A stretch of 64,000 nt of DNA from Lingula anatina (taxonomy: Eukaryota; Animalia; Brachiopoda): NCBI GenBank assembly GCA_051362555.1, contig CM120641.1:2542001-2606000 (forward strand), read 5' to 3'. The position numbers and the translations under genes were made by a program. How positions within the stretch are numbered: position 1 is the stretch's first letter; the number at the start of each line of letters is the position of its first letter. The notes beneath the pieces are model-generated. The model saw nothing but the letters and a program-made list of their open reading frames with translations. It was not told the DNA's origin and searched no databases. Below, piece by piece: positions 23,812 to 37,700 of this stretch.

Positions 23812-24609
23812 ATAAACGCGCTCAGAATGTTGGTGAAAGTTGCTACTCTATCCTGTGGTATATTGTTCGTGGTTCTGTGTATTGATTTTCTAATAAATAT
23901 TGGGGTATAAATAGAACTGCCCTGTCTCCATAAATTCATTTATTCCAGAGTGGTTGAATATAAATTTGTAGTAAAATGAAATTACAGTACCACTACTTGG
24001 TTTAAACTGACAAATAAGAGCTTCAGTTTATATGTTTAAAAATGAAGCAGTATAATTCCAAATACGTTACTCTTTCTGTGTGACACTTAGAACCTTTTGA
24101 TTTTGATATCCCTTCGTACGGCCACCTGTACGTTTCATCATCATCTGAGACGGGCCACTCAACTTAAAAGTGAACATTAAAGTCACGTCAGTGACGCATT
24201 CATTTTGTGCAATTTTATTCATAATTTTAATTGCCCCATAATTTAATTGTCTTATATTACAGTACCCCTCCATTATGGAAAGAAATCAAAAGTAGTTAAA
24301 AGTAATAAATAAAATAGTTATGCAAAATTACACAAAATGTTCAAAGGTTCACTTTTAGTGGATTGATCAAGATAATACACGAATGCAGTGCTACGATGGA
24401 GTTAATTGATCACTATATTCAACCTCGGTGGAATTGTCACTATTTTACCTGATAACCTACCCATTTAGTTATAAAACGATGATAAAATGCAGTGTCGTAG
24501 TGATTTTTGCTGCGTATTTGTACTTCAAACACAAAGAAGGGTGAATTTAAGAAACGCCCATTTGGCTCAAGCATTGCGAATGTTTAAAAGAAGATACAAA
24601 AAATGGTAT

Positions 24610-27253
24610 TAGTCCGGTGGCTTAAGGAAAAAATCGTGACAAGGAGGATAAAAGCACCAAATTTGGCATGTGGTTTTGACATTCTAAATCAAATTAGAGC
24701 CGTTTGGTCAAAAATTCCAAAATGACCGCCAATTTGTGAAATTTTATAGAAAGATATACATACCTATGTTGATTTTTATCAAATAAAGTGTTTTCTACAT
24801 CCCTATTACCTGTTGTATGCATATATGTCAGATAACAAACGATTGTCCTTGTACTTTTTGAAAAATCCAAGATGACCGCCGTATGGCATAGGAACATGTG
24901 CCAACTAGGAAGATGCATTGTCCACTATCTAATCAATGTTGTTTCTGAGTGTTTTCCACATCCTTATTACTCAGATAATATATTTCTGGTGAGTAACTAA
25001 CCTAAGCATTACGAGAAAATCCAAGATGGCCGCCATGTCAAAAGAATACTAGTGTACACATTGGGCTTCTTCTGCCAGAGAGATATCATATGAATTAATA
25101 AATAAAGTTTGTTTCTGAGTATTTTCCACATCCTTTTAATCCATATAATATATATGTGATGAGAATGTTATGTGCATCCTTAACATTTTGAAAACAAAAC
25201 AAAATGGCAGCCATTAGCCATAAGAGGTGGGGTTCAGTTACGTAATGTCTGCAAGAGATAGGCTTTCCTTAAAATGAAGCTTTATTCAGGTATATATTCA
25301 GTTTGTTTTTTCAGTGTTTTCATATCATTATTATCCCATGATACACATCTGTTAGGTAATAAATGTGTATATTTGATCATATGGGGAAATCCAAGATGGC
25401 CTTATTTTCCCATGGGAAAACTGGTGCATTGGATTTTATAAGTACTCCAAGGCAAATGAAGGTAATCGTGATATTTTGTCAAAATACAGGGTAAACACTT
25501 GTTACCCACCAGATAGATATATATCAAAGTTAAAAAAAGAATGTGGTAAATACCGAGAACAAAATTCATTTTTGAATCCAGGCAGTAGTTGACTGTATTC
25601 CTATTGTGAATTGCAGCAATCTTCGATTTTCTCAAATTCGTAAGATGCACACTTGCTACACACCATGCAGATTTATATAGAGTAAGGTTAATAAGAATGT
25701 CAACATGTTTGGACGTCAAAAGGCTTAATTTCATGTTGGAATTAATGTCTGAACTGTTCCATTAATTGACATCCATGTGCATTTGAATGATATATTCCTA
25801 TGACAACTGGCAGCTATCTTGGGTTTTCCCCGAATAGTACTCAAGGATGATGCACTTTCTACACTCACTCACTCAGTCTTTCATAAGGGTAAAAATAATG
25901 TGAAAAACACTTTAAAACAATCTAAAGTTAACAACATTTAAAATGTACTCAGTGTATCCCTGACATTATTTGAAGTATGTGTGCGAATATTCTTATGACA
26001 AAAGGCAGACATCTTGATTTTTTTTCCAGAATACCCAAAGATAAACACATGCTACAGACCAGGTATACATCATAGGGGTAATAATAAATGGTATAAAACA
26101 TTTTTAGAACAAACCTATGGCAATGTAATTGTATAATTAAACATATGTCTCTCTAGCAGCAATTGAAACCCACCAATTAGTCAAATTGTAGCCATCTTGG
26201 ATTTTCTCAAAATATCCAAGGATGCACACTATTTACCCACCAGATATACCAGTATATCAGAGGACTAATAAGGATGAGCAAAGCTTGAGAAGCAAATACA
26301 ATTTGTAATAAACACTATTTCACCCTGGTAGTAGTTGAAAGCCATGGACGTACATTTGAAATAGTATTCCTATGGCTAATGACGGCCATCTGGGATTTTC
26401 TCAAAATGACCAAATATGCACATTTATTACCTGCTAGATATGTATCACTGTATAATAATACTGTGTCAAACACTAAAAAATAAACTGAATTTGAAAGTGG
26501 ATAATGTTTTTCCTAGCTGGCATTAGTTCCGATCGACCCCTTGTACTACTAGAAATTTCCTTTGGCATATAGCGGCCATCTTGGAGTTATTAAAAATGAC
26601 CAAGAATACATGTTAGTTAGTCACCACATACATATTATGAGGGTGGTAAGGATGTGAAAAACACTCAGAAACAAACTTAATCTGATAGTAGAAAATTATC
26701 TTTCCAGTTGCCATTAATTGAACCCCCGTCTACCGGTACTAGTATTGCTATGGCACATGGCAGCCATCTTGGAATTTCCCACTTGCTAGTTACACATCAC
26801 ATACATATTATGTGGGCAACAAAGAAGTGGAAAAATCGCAGAAACAGACTTAATTTGATAGTGGAAACATATCTTTCTAGCTGGCATTAGTTGTGCCCTT
26901 GTCTTCCTATGGCTGTTTCTATGGCATATGGCGGCCATCTTGGATATTTTCAAAAAGTCCAAGGGAATTCCTTTGCTATTTGACATATATGCATAATATG
27001 GGTAATAAGAATGTGGAAAACACTGAGAAAATACTTTATTTGATAAAAATCAACAAAGGTATGTATATATGTATTTCTATAGAATTCCACAAATTGGTGG
27101 CTATTTTGGATTTTTGACCAAAAGGTAAAATTTTTCCGTGGGCAACGGCTCTTATTTGACTGAGTATGTCAAAAGGTACCTACACGCAAAATTTGGTGCT
27201 TTTATCCGCCGTGTTTCGATTTGGTCTTTTTTTTCCCCTAAGCCACCGGACTA
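24610..27253. mobile_element. Academ-like non-autonomous foldback element (2.64 kb)
   Basis: Termini TAGTCCGGTGGCTTAAGG and CCTTAAGCCACCGGACTA, 3-bp TSD TAT. The interior is built of degenerate 150-200-bp units with a CAAGATGGCCGCC core, forward in the left part and reversed in the right. Confidence 0.8.
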
Positions 27254-27515
27254 TATGCGATGCACGTCTTGGCGCATATGTGTATGTACAAAGCACGGAA
27301 GAATAGTATTTTCAACATCCATGGATAGAACCTTAAATGAAATAATGCAAGGCACATTCAATCAACACGGGATATTAAGTGCATAAATACGATAGGAAAA
27401 TGTGTAAATAAAACGTTAACGCGTTACTGGATAACCGTGGCATAAGGAATATTGATACAGTGATAAGAATGTGATAAGACATTCACAGACTGCTGTTACC
27501 AACCAGCAAAGTGTA

Positions 27516-27857
27516 AAAAAGTACATTAGGTTTCATAAATCGGGGGCCAGTCACATTGCTCCATTTATATTGGCTCTGTTCCAGAAAAGTACATTAAGTT
27601 TCATAAATCGGGGGCCAGTCACATTGCTCCATTTATATTGGCTCTGTTCCAGAAAAGTACATTAAGTTTCATAAATCGGGGGCCAGTCACATTGCTCCAT
27701 TTATATTGGCTCTGTTCCAGAAAAGTACATTAAGTATGATAAATCGGGGGCCAGTCACATTGCTCCATTTATATTGGCTCTGTTCCAGAAAAGTACATTA
27801 AGTTTCATAAATCGTGAGCCAGTCACATTGCTCCATTTATATTGGCTCTGTTCCAGA
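27516..27857. repeat. Minisatellite, 68-bp unit x5
   Basis: Unit GAAAAGTACATTAAGTTTCATAAATCGGGGGCCAGTCACATTGCTCCATTTATATTGGCTCTGTTCCA recurs at about 27516, 27584, 27652, 27720 and 27788. Confidence 0.95.
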
Positions 27858-30001
27858 ACGCTTAATGCTTATCTAATCGTTAAGGTAAACGGAGCTTCGT
27901 GACTGTCAACCAGCTTCAGTACGATTAAAGCTGCCGTCACGTGTGTACACTGTTGACGTGATCAGACCGCCGTATGAAAATAGGATTCTATTTCTCAGTA
28001 AAACAGGAAACTGACAACCCAGCCCACGTAAATATATGGTCAATGACCCAGTGAGGAACATCATTAGCTCCAACCCCCCCCCCTCCCCCAACTTCCCAGG
28101 AAAGCGAAAAAAACAGAAATGGTCAACTCAGCCATAATAAAGCAATAGGGAAGACCGATATACGATTAACTGGGTATATTTCCACATTTCATCTATAGAA
28201 GCACTCAACATGGCCCTGACTCATCTTAAAATTTGATCTTATGATGTACTTGCTCTATCAGCTCTGTATAATAGAATAATGCGTCATTAGAAGACAGAAA
28301 CCATGTAGTTGGGAGAGGCTATAGCATTGATAAACCGTTGAATCATCACTGCTTATTATGTAACTGATAATAACAGACACAAAACTAAGAATTGTGCACA
28401 TATTTATACATGTACATTTCAAAATATAACAAAATGCGCCATTTTCTAGTATTCTTTGGAACAATTCATCTAACAGTAAAATTTTACAGAAAAATATTGT
28501 TGTGAAGACATTTCATGGGAGGCGCCAACACAACCCAATGAAGGGATAATGCATGACAAAACAGTCAAGAAAAGGGACAGCTGGGAGTGAACCTACATGT
28601 AGTCTATTTAACTCAATCTCTTAGAAGTCAGGGTCACTATACCCCTGCGTTTTTATAGGGTTGTCAAGTCTGCATACGTCTGTATTCCACGCATTTGTAG
28701 TCTATATTACGAACATTTCGAATGATATATTATTCTATTGATTATAACAGGTTATACAATACATATGTGAATACTGATACTGTACTGTTGAAAACCATGT
28801 GTACGGTATGATTAATAGAACACCTACCTGGTTCCTTCAAAATATTCACCCACTATTTTGATATAAATATATACTGGAATATTACCGCCTCTAACACCCT
28901 CACCGTCAACAAAATGAAATCCATTGTGTTCAGATGTTTTTAAATAAGTGACACATTGCTCCATTTATAAATGGCTCTGTTTTAAATTGTAATACCTGAG
29001 CCCTGAACGCTTAATGCTTATCTAATCTTTAGGGTAAATGGAGATTGTTGTGTGCCACTTTAACGCCCGGAGTGGCGTGTAACGCTCGGAGCGTGAACCA
29101 TCCGTTCTGCTCGTGTGCACAAAGCGCAGGCAAATCTGAGAGGCCTCCGGCGTGTACAGTCCGTCTCTATAGAGTCATCAATACACATTTATTCTCTAAT
29201 AAACATGCAGTGTTGAAAACATACCGCAAATTCAAACATAATCTTTAGATGCATTCATATCTTTTAGATGTTCGCCTCTACTGCGATTTCCCTCAGGTGG
29301 CCATATCAACACACTAGCCTACTAAATCGATACTAAAATAGTAGCCAGCAGCTGAATAACGACGGCCCGTCCACGGGTCCCCATCATAGTAAATGTATAT
29401 TGAGGTAGGAAATGAACTAGCCGAATGTAACAGTACAGGTAAATAACAACAGATAATTTACGGAACGGCTGATACACGCGTCTGCTGCGTGTACAATCGG
29501 CCTGGACGGATGGTTCACGCAGAACGGACCGTACACATGATACGATTAAAGCTGCTGTCACGTGTGTACACTGTTGACGTGATCAGACCGCCGTATGAAA
29601 ATAGGATTCTACATGTAGTTAAAAGCAACATGATCGGTTTATTGCCACCAATTTTTAATTTTACAATTTTCAATCTTATGAACAATTCAAGGTCTCTATA
29701 ATTTCAAAATATAAACAAAAATGTATGACTTCAATTTGTATTAGCCATTTATCAACTCTACTTCAACAGAACGGTTGACGGACAGGATGAATTTCAGCTA
29801 AAATACATTTTTGTCACATTTTGAGGTCGGTTTTGTTTGTAACCCTAATATATTTCTACTTTGGAAACAGATAGACTTTTCACTAAAGGAACATTTATTT
29901 TGACAGTATTCTTATGAATAAATTTTGCTGAAATTGGTAGAAAATGAACAATGATAAAATATGTTCTGTAAATTGTGAAAATCCTATTTTGTGTCATATT
30001 A

Positions 30002-31333
30002 GGAGAGACCGGAGCTAGTTGGCCCAGTTAGACACTTTTGGCCTTGTAGAGCCAACTAGGAATGAGTAACAGAACCGGTTTTAAAGTAAGGCCCATGAAC
30101 TAAGCTACGTATGCAACGTCATTATTTTTTAAATATAATGCCAGATGGCTCACAATTTGACAAAAAACGCAGTTGACGTCAAGGGGGCCAACTTGCCCCG
30201 CCACGGGGCAAGTTGGCCCCATGGTCGGGGCAAGTTGGCTCCCCTATACGAAAATGATATATATTTCCCATGTAAACGCCTTGAAATACATTTTTATACA
30301 TTTCTAATTTATGAAATTGATTTTTGAGTGTCGGTGATGAATAAATAGTTCAAATGAGGCAGATTTATTGAGGTTTCCGTACGTCACGTTGTAGGGGGGG
30401 TATGTGTTGAAAGAACCAAAATATCTATCAATAAAATAGTTTTGTTTTAATTAAGAATACAGTAATAATGGTATAAATCAGATTTTTAATGAATGAAAAC
30501 GAATGATAAATTTTCGTTTTAAAAGAAAGTAACAAGTTCAGTTTTAAACCATTGAGTTTGTTTGAATAATGATCTCTAGCTAGGGAGGGGTGGAAAATCC
30601 CCTATATAACACTATAAAAAAAAAAAAGGGGAATTCCCTTTAAAATGAATTGAGGCAAAATAAATGTTTTTCTTAGGAAAGTCCAGTGGATTTGCTTTTT
30701 AATACATACAATCAACAGAACATTTCTAATATAAATTTTCGAAAAGACAGAGAGCAAATTAAATAAAATCAATCAGATGGTAAACACCGGCAAGCGTTGT
30801 CAATTTGACCAACTTGTTTATTTCAAACAGCGCACTTTTCGCACATGCGCAGTTGTTTGAAGCCTGTGCTATTTCAAACAGCGTTGCGCGCAAAGGATTG
30901 TGGGTAACATGAGGGTCCAACTTGCCCCGAGTCTAGGGGGGCAACTAGCCCCGGGTGCACCTTTTTTATTTTAAAGGATGGCAGCCATTTATGATGCTAG
31001 AATGAGCAACGATGATATATCTCTGTGAAACTTGAAACACTGAGCTTCAGTTTGATGCCCTATACATATATTATATTTCATTAAAAGCCTATGAAAATAG
31101 ATTTTTAATTCTCTTAAACAAAATTACTTTTAGGTGCAAAAATCGTTCATTTGGACTCACCGCTTAAGTAAAACTCTTTAACGTACGACACTTCCTTAGT
31201 ATTGTAGGCTACGGTCACTTTACAAGAGTATGTGGCCAATTTTTTTACCTCGTAGTTACTTTTTCATAAATTGACGGGGGGGGGGGGGGGGGGGGGCAAC
31301 TTACCCCGGGGTCCAACTAGCCCCGGTCTCCCC
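30002..31333. mobile_element. Tc1/mariner-pogo-type MITE (about 1.33 kb)
   Basis: TIRs GGAGAGACCGGAGCTAGTTGG and CCAACTAGCCCCGGTCTCCCC, flanked by TA. Repeated internal GGGGCAAGTTGG motifs at about 30184-30240, 30915-30952 and 31295. Confidence 0.75.
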
Positions 31334-33398
31334 TACGTTTTATTTAAATTAACCTTCGTCGTCTGTAATCAAACTCGAAGAACAGGGGAAAAATCAGACA
31401 AGAATACCTTTTTAAAAAATCTTCAGTAAGAAATTATAGTACCATCCTTCCTTAGTTGTCTTTAAGGATCAATTTTTCTTTTTGGGAGTGGGGGGGGGGG
31501 TCAAACGATCGACGAAACGAAAGATCCATAAAATTTTATTCCAATCAAAGCGGACCTTAGATCGCCATTTTGATGCTAATTGATAATTATATTTACGTAA
31601 TTTTCATGATGTGAGCGACAAATCCTGAAAAAGTGCTTTAATTAGGAGGTAGTTTGTGGTCCTCAATATACAGACTAAAATTAAACGACATTTGAAAGCT
31701 CAGAGCCTAATGGTCAAAGGTAGATATGATGTTGAAACGGCAACAACTAACGTAACCATGGAAACGGACAGAATCCAAGATGACCGTTTTGATTTGTTCT
31801 AAAGTGATAAATAATTATCAAAACTATCTAAAGCATTGTGGATGGTATTTTCACCTTTTATATTGAGGAAGATAACAGGCTTTGTTATCATATTTCCTCT
31901 CACATGCCTCAGTGACAGCGGCGCTTGAGACAGAACCCTGAAGGGAGAAAGACGGTCTCCTACACCGATTTGTGTTAGTAGGGCCTATTTCAAATTCTGG
32001 TTATAGAGAGAGAAGATAAAAATTTTATCATCAACTCAAACGGGCATACTTGATGAAATTAAATTATCTGTTCCAGCTTATCTGAACTATTTGTTAAAAA
32101 CGATAGCACAAGCTTAATTATAACCTGTTGATTTTTAATATTTCCAGTCCGCTGCCTTCAGTTCTTGGTAAAAAGTAGGCATACCTCATCTCACTCTCTG
32201 ATATTACTGAGGAACTGTTTCGTGATTGGATGGTGTGTTAAACTTATCAACAAGGAAGAAGAATATGCTGCATGTTTAGGTTTATCTCTGTTTACATTTC
32301 AGATAAACTCCTGCTTTCAATCGCCGGCTGTTTCAATAGGGCTTATAATGGCCCTTTGATATTCCTTTCCACACAAGATACGCTGTCTAGTCTGTTGTCC
32401 AAATAAAAAATAGATATGATAACACGTTTTTCAGACACATATAATTAAATTAGGCAATAAATATGATGTATAATGATGTAGAACAGAAATGTATTTTTCT
32501 AATATTTCCGTTTTAAATGACATTGTTTCATTCATTTTTACACTTCTTATTGTTTTGGTAAACTTAAAGTGGCACATTGGCAACGTAAAAGTAATACAAC
32601 GCTAATATAAGAATATGATACTTTCCAGGCGAATAATTATAACTTCTTCAAACAGCAGCTGAAAATCCATCACCATCCTTATTTTTAAAAACAGCGGACA
32701 AAACGGAGAAACATAGCGAGAGAGGCGGGTTGGGGGGCTCTCTTCAAGGATCACAGAGCGAATAATTAGATATTCACAGATACTTCTCCGGATATTCAGG
32801 TTCCCGTTTAAAAAAAACGCTTAAGTCGGGTTCCTCGCTAGCTAGTTCACTTAGCCCAGCCTAGTCAACTACGGATTACGGGGTCCTGGGCACATTTATA
32901 GATTTAGTGAAAATTTGCAGAAATAAAAGGAATTATAACCATTTCAAAATATCGCTATCACCCACCCGGTCACTTGTCATGGGCGTAACCAGGCATACGC
33001 ACGGATGCACTGTGCGTACAATTTTTTTGAGCCTACCATGATATTATTCTCTATAAATTTAGTGTATTTTTCACGGAATATAATCGAGAAACCGAACCCG
33101 TTCGATTGTAAGTTAAATCACCTATACAAATCTTCTGTATAAATTGTTTACGCACCATTGTTCTGACACCCCTTCTCGTTTGCTTTCACCGAACTGAGGT
33201 AAATAATAGTAGTTACCATCAGAAGTCCTATCTTAATCGTCCATCTAGCTGGGACATCCTTTATCTCTTAATTGGTGGGCTAAGTGCTCTTTAACTCTAA
33301 GGTAGCCTTTGTCTTGAGTGTTTCAAATGTACTCTCGCTGGCAATGTTTATCTCAGGAAAAATTTACCTGTGCGTCATTTTCAAAGCGCAGCTCCAGC

Positions 33399-36300
33399 CT
33401 TGGACCTAAATAGAGAAGGACAAGTAACGCGGAGAAAGATCAAAGGATAATCGGCTTAGCGCGAGCTCTTCGCGAAACGATGTGCGTTCGGATCACGTGA
33501 CCTCCCGTACAGGTAGCGAGCATATCGCGGCTGTTGATGACTTTTTGTGTCATTTGGACAGGTAGCTGGTGATAACGCGAGGAAAACGTTCGGGTGGATG
33601 AGTCAAGACACTTATAGAGATAAAATGTAAGTACAATTTCTTTTGCTATTTTGGATGTTAGGTGAGAATAAGGTATGTTTGTTCATGGAGGAATTCAAAA
33701 TGCCCAATATGGTGAAGGCAATCGTGTTTGTTGCCGTAAAATGAGTGTTTAAAATTGTACAACTGCGGTGTCGAATACTTGTCTTTAGCTATGATCCGAT
33801 AGAAAAATATTTCTAGTCTCGAAATTTTACCTCTATGTAAAGAATTAGCCATAGATGCGGCAATAATTTAACCTCAAATCGTGTTTTGAATTGAAATGAC
33901 GCAATTCCTCTCCGATTTATTCGACTCGCCGACATCGTTTTAGGTCTGGTATTTTTTACGTACGGTTTAGATAAAGGTGGCATCAACACTGCTGTGTACT
34001 ATATGTATAGGTTTGTGTTACTTGCTTAAGTGAGCCCGAATTATGGAATGATAATTAATATTTTTAACTCTTAATATGGGCTCTCGTGGCAACATGGCAC
34101 CACACATGCAATTGTGACACACAAAAACGCACCTGTGATCCTTTTAATATCCTTTTATCAAAGTTGACATTAACACTGCTCTGAGGTATATATATATATT
34201 TACACATTACCGGCTACAGTCAGCTCCGGTCTGAGAATGATAATTATTATTTTTATAACTCTCAATATGGGCTATCATTGCAATATGGCACAACACATGC
34301 AATTATGACACACAAAAACGCACCTGTGATCCTTTTAATATCCTTTTATCAAAGTTGACATTAACACTGCTCTAAAGTATATATATATTTACACATTACC
34401 GGCTACAGTCAGCTCTGGTCTGAAAATGATAATTATTATTTTTTTGACTCTCAATATGGGCTATCATAGCAATATGACACCACACATGCAATTGTTACAC
34501 ACAAAAACGCAACTGTGATTCTTTAAATATCCTTTTATCAAAGTTGACATTAACACTGCTCTAAAGTATATATATATTTACACATTACCGGCTCCAGTCA
34601 GCTCCAGTCTGAGAATGATAATTATTATTTTTTTAACTCTTAATATGGGCTATCAGTGCAATATGGCACCACCCATGCAATTGTGACACACAAAAAACGC
34701 ACCTGTGGGCCTTTTAATATCCTTTTATCAAAGTTGACATTAACTCTACTCTGAAGTATATTTGTATATTCACATGACCGGCTAAAGTCTGCTCCAGTTT
34801 GAGAATAATAATTATTAGTTTTTCATTTTTAAATTGGATTCCCTAAACAGAATAAAGACGATTGACAAACACCCTCATTGGTCTTATAGTGAAAGTGTAT
34901 ATGTGGACATGTACACATGCAAAGTTCATGATTATATTTACTCGGGTAATGGTCATAAAAGTAGATCTTGATCACATTTGTGATAAGAGTCTCACCTCTG
35001 TAATTGCCTTGCTACATTGCATTATCTTGTTATCAGGTGCTTGAAATCTTTGAAATAATCCTGAGACATGCCTTTGGATAGCACCTAGCTGGCTTTATCA
35101 AATCATCAAAGGGCCAGACAGCTTAGTTACCTGGCTGATAATGATCTAGAAAGTCCATGCCTAACAAGGGAAGTAAATTTAACTAGAGGGAAAATCTACC
35201 TGACAGGTAGAATCTTGAGATGCATTTGATAAGGCTTACCTGTGGCTCAAATGTCCAAGTAGAAGTAAAAAAGGCAATTGTCATTTATAGTAGTTTGTGA
35301 TAAAAACATTTTTATTCTCTTCCAGATTCTCTCCACAAGATGCCGGAAAGTTAAAATTGGACAATGCACCATTGCCCAAGAGGAGACTCACTAATTTTAA
35401 TTTGGACAGTAATTCACATAGGTCAATGAGAAATTAGTTTATACCTTTTATAAATAAGTTAATACTACTTGGATACAAATAGGAAAGAACTCCAACATCA
35501 CTTTCACAAAAAGAGACAAGACAAGAAAACTGCACATGTATTGTATATTCATCATCACTAGCTTTGTAACAAGCATTTTAAAATTTTAATGTTTACTTTT
35601 ATAATAATTAATGTTGGAATGTACTCAAGTTGTTTTATATTTCCTATCTTATAATGAAAAAAAAAAATCAAATGTAAAAAACATGGATTATATGTTTAGA
35701 CAGTTTTTTCTTGCTTGATTGAAATTGCATATTCAATTACCTCAGAATACACTAACTACAGGTTTAAAAAATCTGATCCTGATAAAATTCATACTCACAT
35801 TTGACATTGACCCTCTTGCAGTGATATGCGTCTTATTTGTCAAATCTTTTATTATTTAAAGTTGTGTAAAAAAAAGGAAGTGAAAAGAAATAAAAAGAAG
35901 ATTTTTTATATCAAATAGGCCTATATGCATTTTTTATTACCATAAGATCAGTATTGGTGAAATTAATCTCATATTGTAAACGGGTAACTTTTAATGAAAA
36001 ATAAAGCGAAATATAAATGAAAGATAGTTGCTGAATGAAAAAAACAAATATTATAAATACTTATAATAAGTTCTTGAATTACGACTGCTTTTCAGTTACT
36101 GAAAACAGAAAGCCATATTTTGGTACCTGGTGTATTATTTTCTACCAAACTAATACGACAAATCTGACTCTTAAATAACTAATTAAAATTAATGTAAACC
36201 TAGATGAAATTTCTAATTAAGTCCTTAATTGCTAAGTGAAAAAACCCAAATGTTATAAATGCACAAGATCATACTGTCTGTTTGTTGAAAATCTAGGTAA

Positions 36301-36610
36301 TAATTCAAGCTGTAATTCTACTCTTCCTTTTGAGAGACTTTCTCAATCCTTTTTCTTTCGTAGATGCAGACACAGATTCTTGGTACTTTTCTTTAAGCTG
36401 TCTGCGAAATGAGTGGCCCCTAATGGTAATATATAATTTCACAAACATGCTAAAAAGGTCCATTTTTAATTTGTCTGATTCACCAGCAGTCAGTTCTTGT
36501 GTAAATTTGATTGATCTTCCGGGGTGTCACAGCTACTGGTACATGTAGGAATGAGATTTCCGGTCGTTGGGTGCGTATTCCTGTCCTGTCAGAGACTATT
36601 TAGGTCCAAG
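33399..36610. mobile_element. Nested TIR element (3.2 kb) with 7-bp TSD, P-element-like
   Basis: Perfect 15-bp TIR CTTGGACCTAAATAG and CTATTTAGGTCCAAG. TSD CTCCAGC at 33392-33398 and 36611-36617. Confidence 0.72.
34047..34820. repeat. Tandem repeat, about 188-bp unit x4
   Basis: Unit GAATGATAATTATTATTTT...CACACATGCAATTGTGACACACAAAAACGCACCTGTGATCCTTTTAATATCCTTTTATCAAAGTTGACATTAAC... is repeated four times. Confidence 0.92.
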
Positions 36611-37084
36611 CTCCAGCAAACCTGGGGGCACTAGATAATATCTGGACATCGGGCATAAGAAGGAGACAGTGAAACAGAGGAAGACTTTTCCCGCTAAGCT
36701 TTAAAAAATTTTGACACGTACTTGATCCAGCTTAGCCCTCCAAATTAACAGGGTGACATGGACAATTTTCACAAACAAATAATAAAAATAAGATACATCG
36801 GAGCTTTATCCTGTGATATAATTGGCTAATTTTGGGAGCCATATACTCTCATTTAAGCTGGATGATACCAAGGTTAAACTTTTAGAAGATTGATATAGAT
36901 ATCACAAAGTGAACAGCAAAAAGGCGTAATAATACTATAACGATCAACTGTTCTTCAGATTATTTTCTGACAACTGAGGATAACTGCCGCGAACCACATC
37001 GAACAACAGTACCGTTATTCAGTTCGATACAAGCAAGCATAATCTGCAAAAGCGCCCAAAGTTTGTGCCCGTAAGCCCCTAGTT

Positions 37085-37700
37085 CAGGGGCGGAACCTGA
37101 ACTCTTTGAAGGGGGGAGGGGTCTAGTTTTTTTAGGGATTTACCCTCACCCCATGGCATCGGGCTCGGGGCATTCTCGAGGGCAAGGAAAATGCTGTTAT
37201 GGAGGGCAAATGGCGCCATTTGATACGGTTTAGAACTGATTCACCTTTTCGGTGCGTTTTTTTTAACCAGAAATCGAAGGGAGGGGGAGAAGATCGTTGG
37301 GGATCTTCTGATGGTAACCGATTCGAGCGTAACGAGGAGCCAATGTTCATATCTTCAGCGGAAGATCGTTCGCGATTCGAGGGAAACGAAAAAGCAATTT
37401 TCATATTCGTTCAAGGGACTTCTTTCGCGGAAGATCGTCCTCCGGGGATCGTTGGGGATCCAAGCGAGACGAAAAGAAAACGGACTTCGTTCGCGGAAGA
37501 TTGTAAGCCAGAGATCGTTTGCAATGCGAGCAAGACCAGAAGACAATTTACATATTCATTTAAGGGAGTTCGTGCGCGAAAGATCGTCAGCCGGAGATAG
37601 TTATTGATTGTTTATAACCCTCCCTCTCCCTTAAAATATATTATTTTTTACAAATATTTATTCATTTAATTTTTATCCCCCCCCGCCCCCCGTGCCCCAA
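37085..37700. repeat. hAT-like MITE end (CAGGGGCGGA) followed by degenerate about 68-bp GCGGAAGATCGT repeats
   Basis: (G)CGGAAGATCGT-like motif recurs at about 37288, 37358, 37427, 37493 and 37576. The right boundary is uncertain. Confidence 0.45.

Noticed and set aside
27516-27857. CRISPR-like appearance of regular repeats (also 58190-59770)
   Set aside because: Units are contiguous with no unique spacers, there are no cas genes, and the context is eukaryotic.
36290-36600. GQEYAP-like peptide suggesting a Crypton tyrosine recombinase
   Set aside because: The match is too short, has no downstream catalytic motifs and abuts the TIR of the nested element.
37132-37607. Several 60-133-aa ORFs on both strands
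   Set aside because: They arise from stop-poor degenerate tandem repeats inside a transposon.
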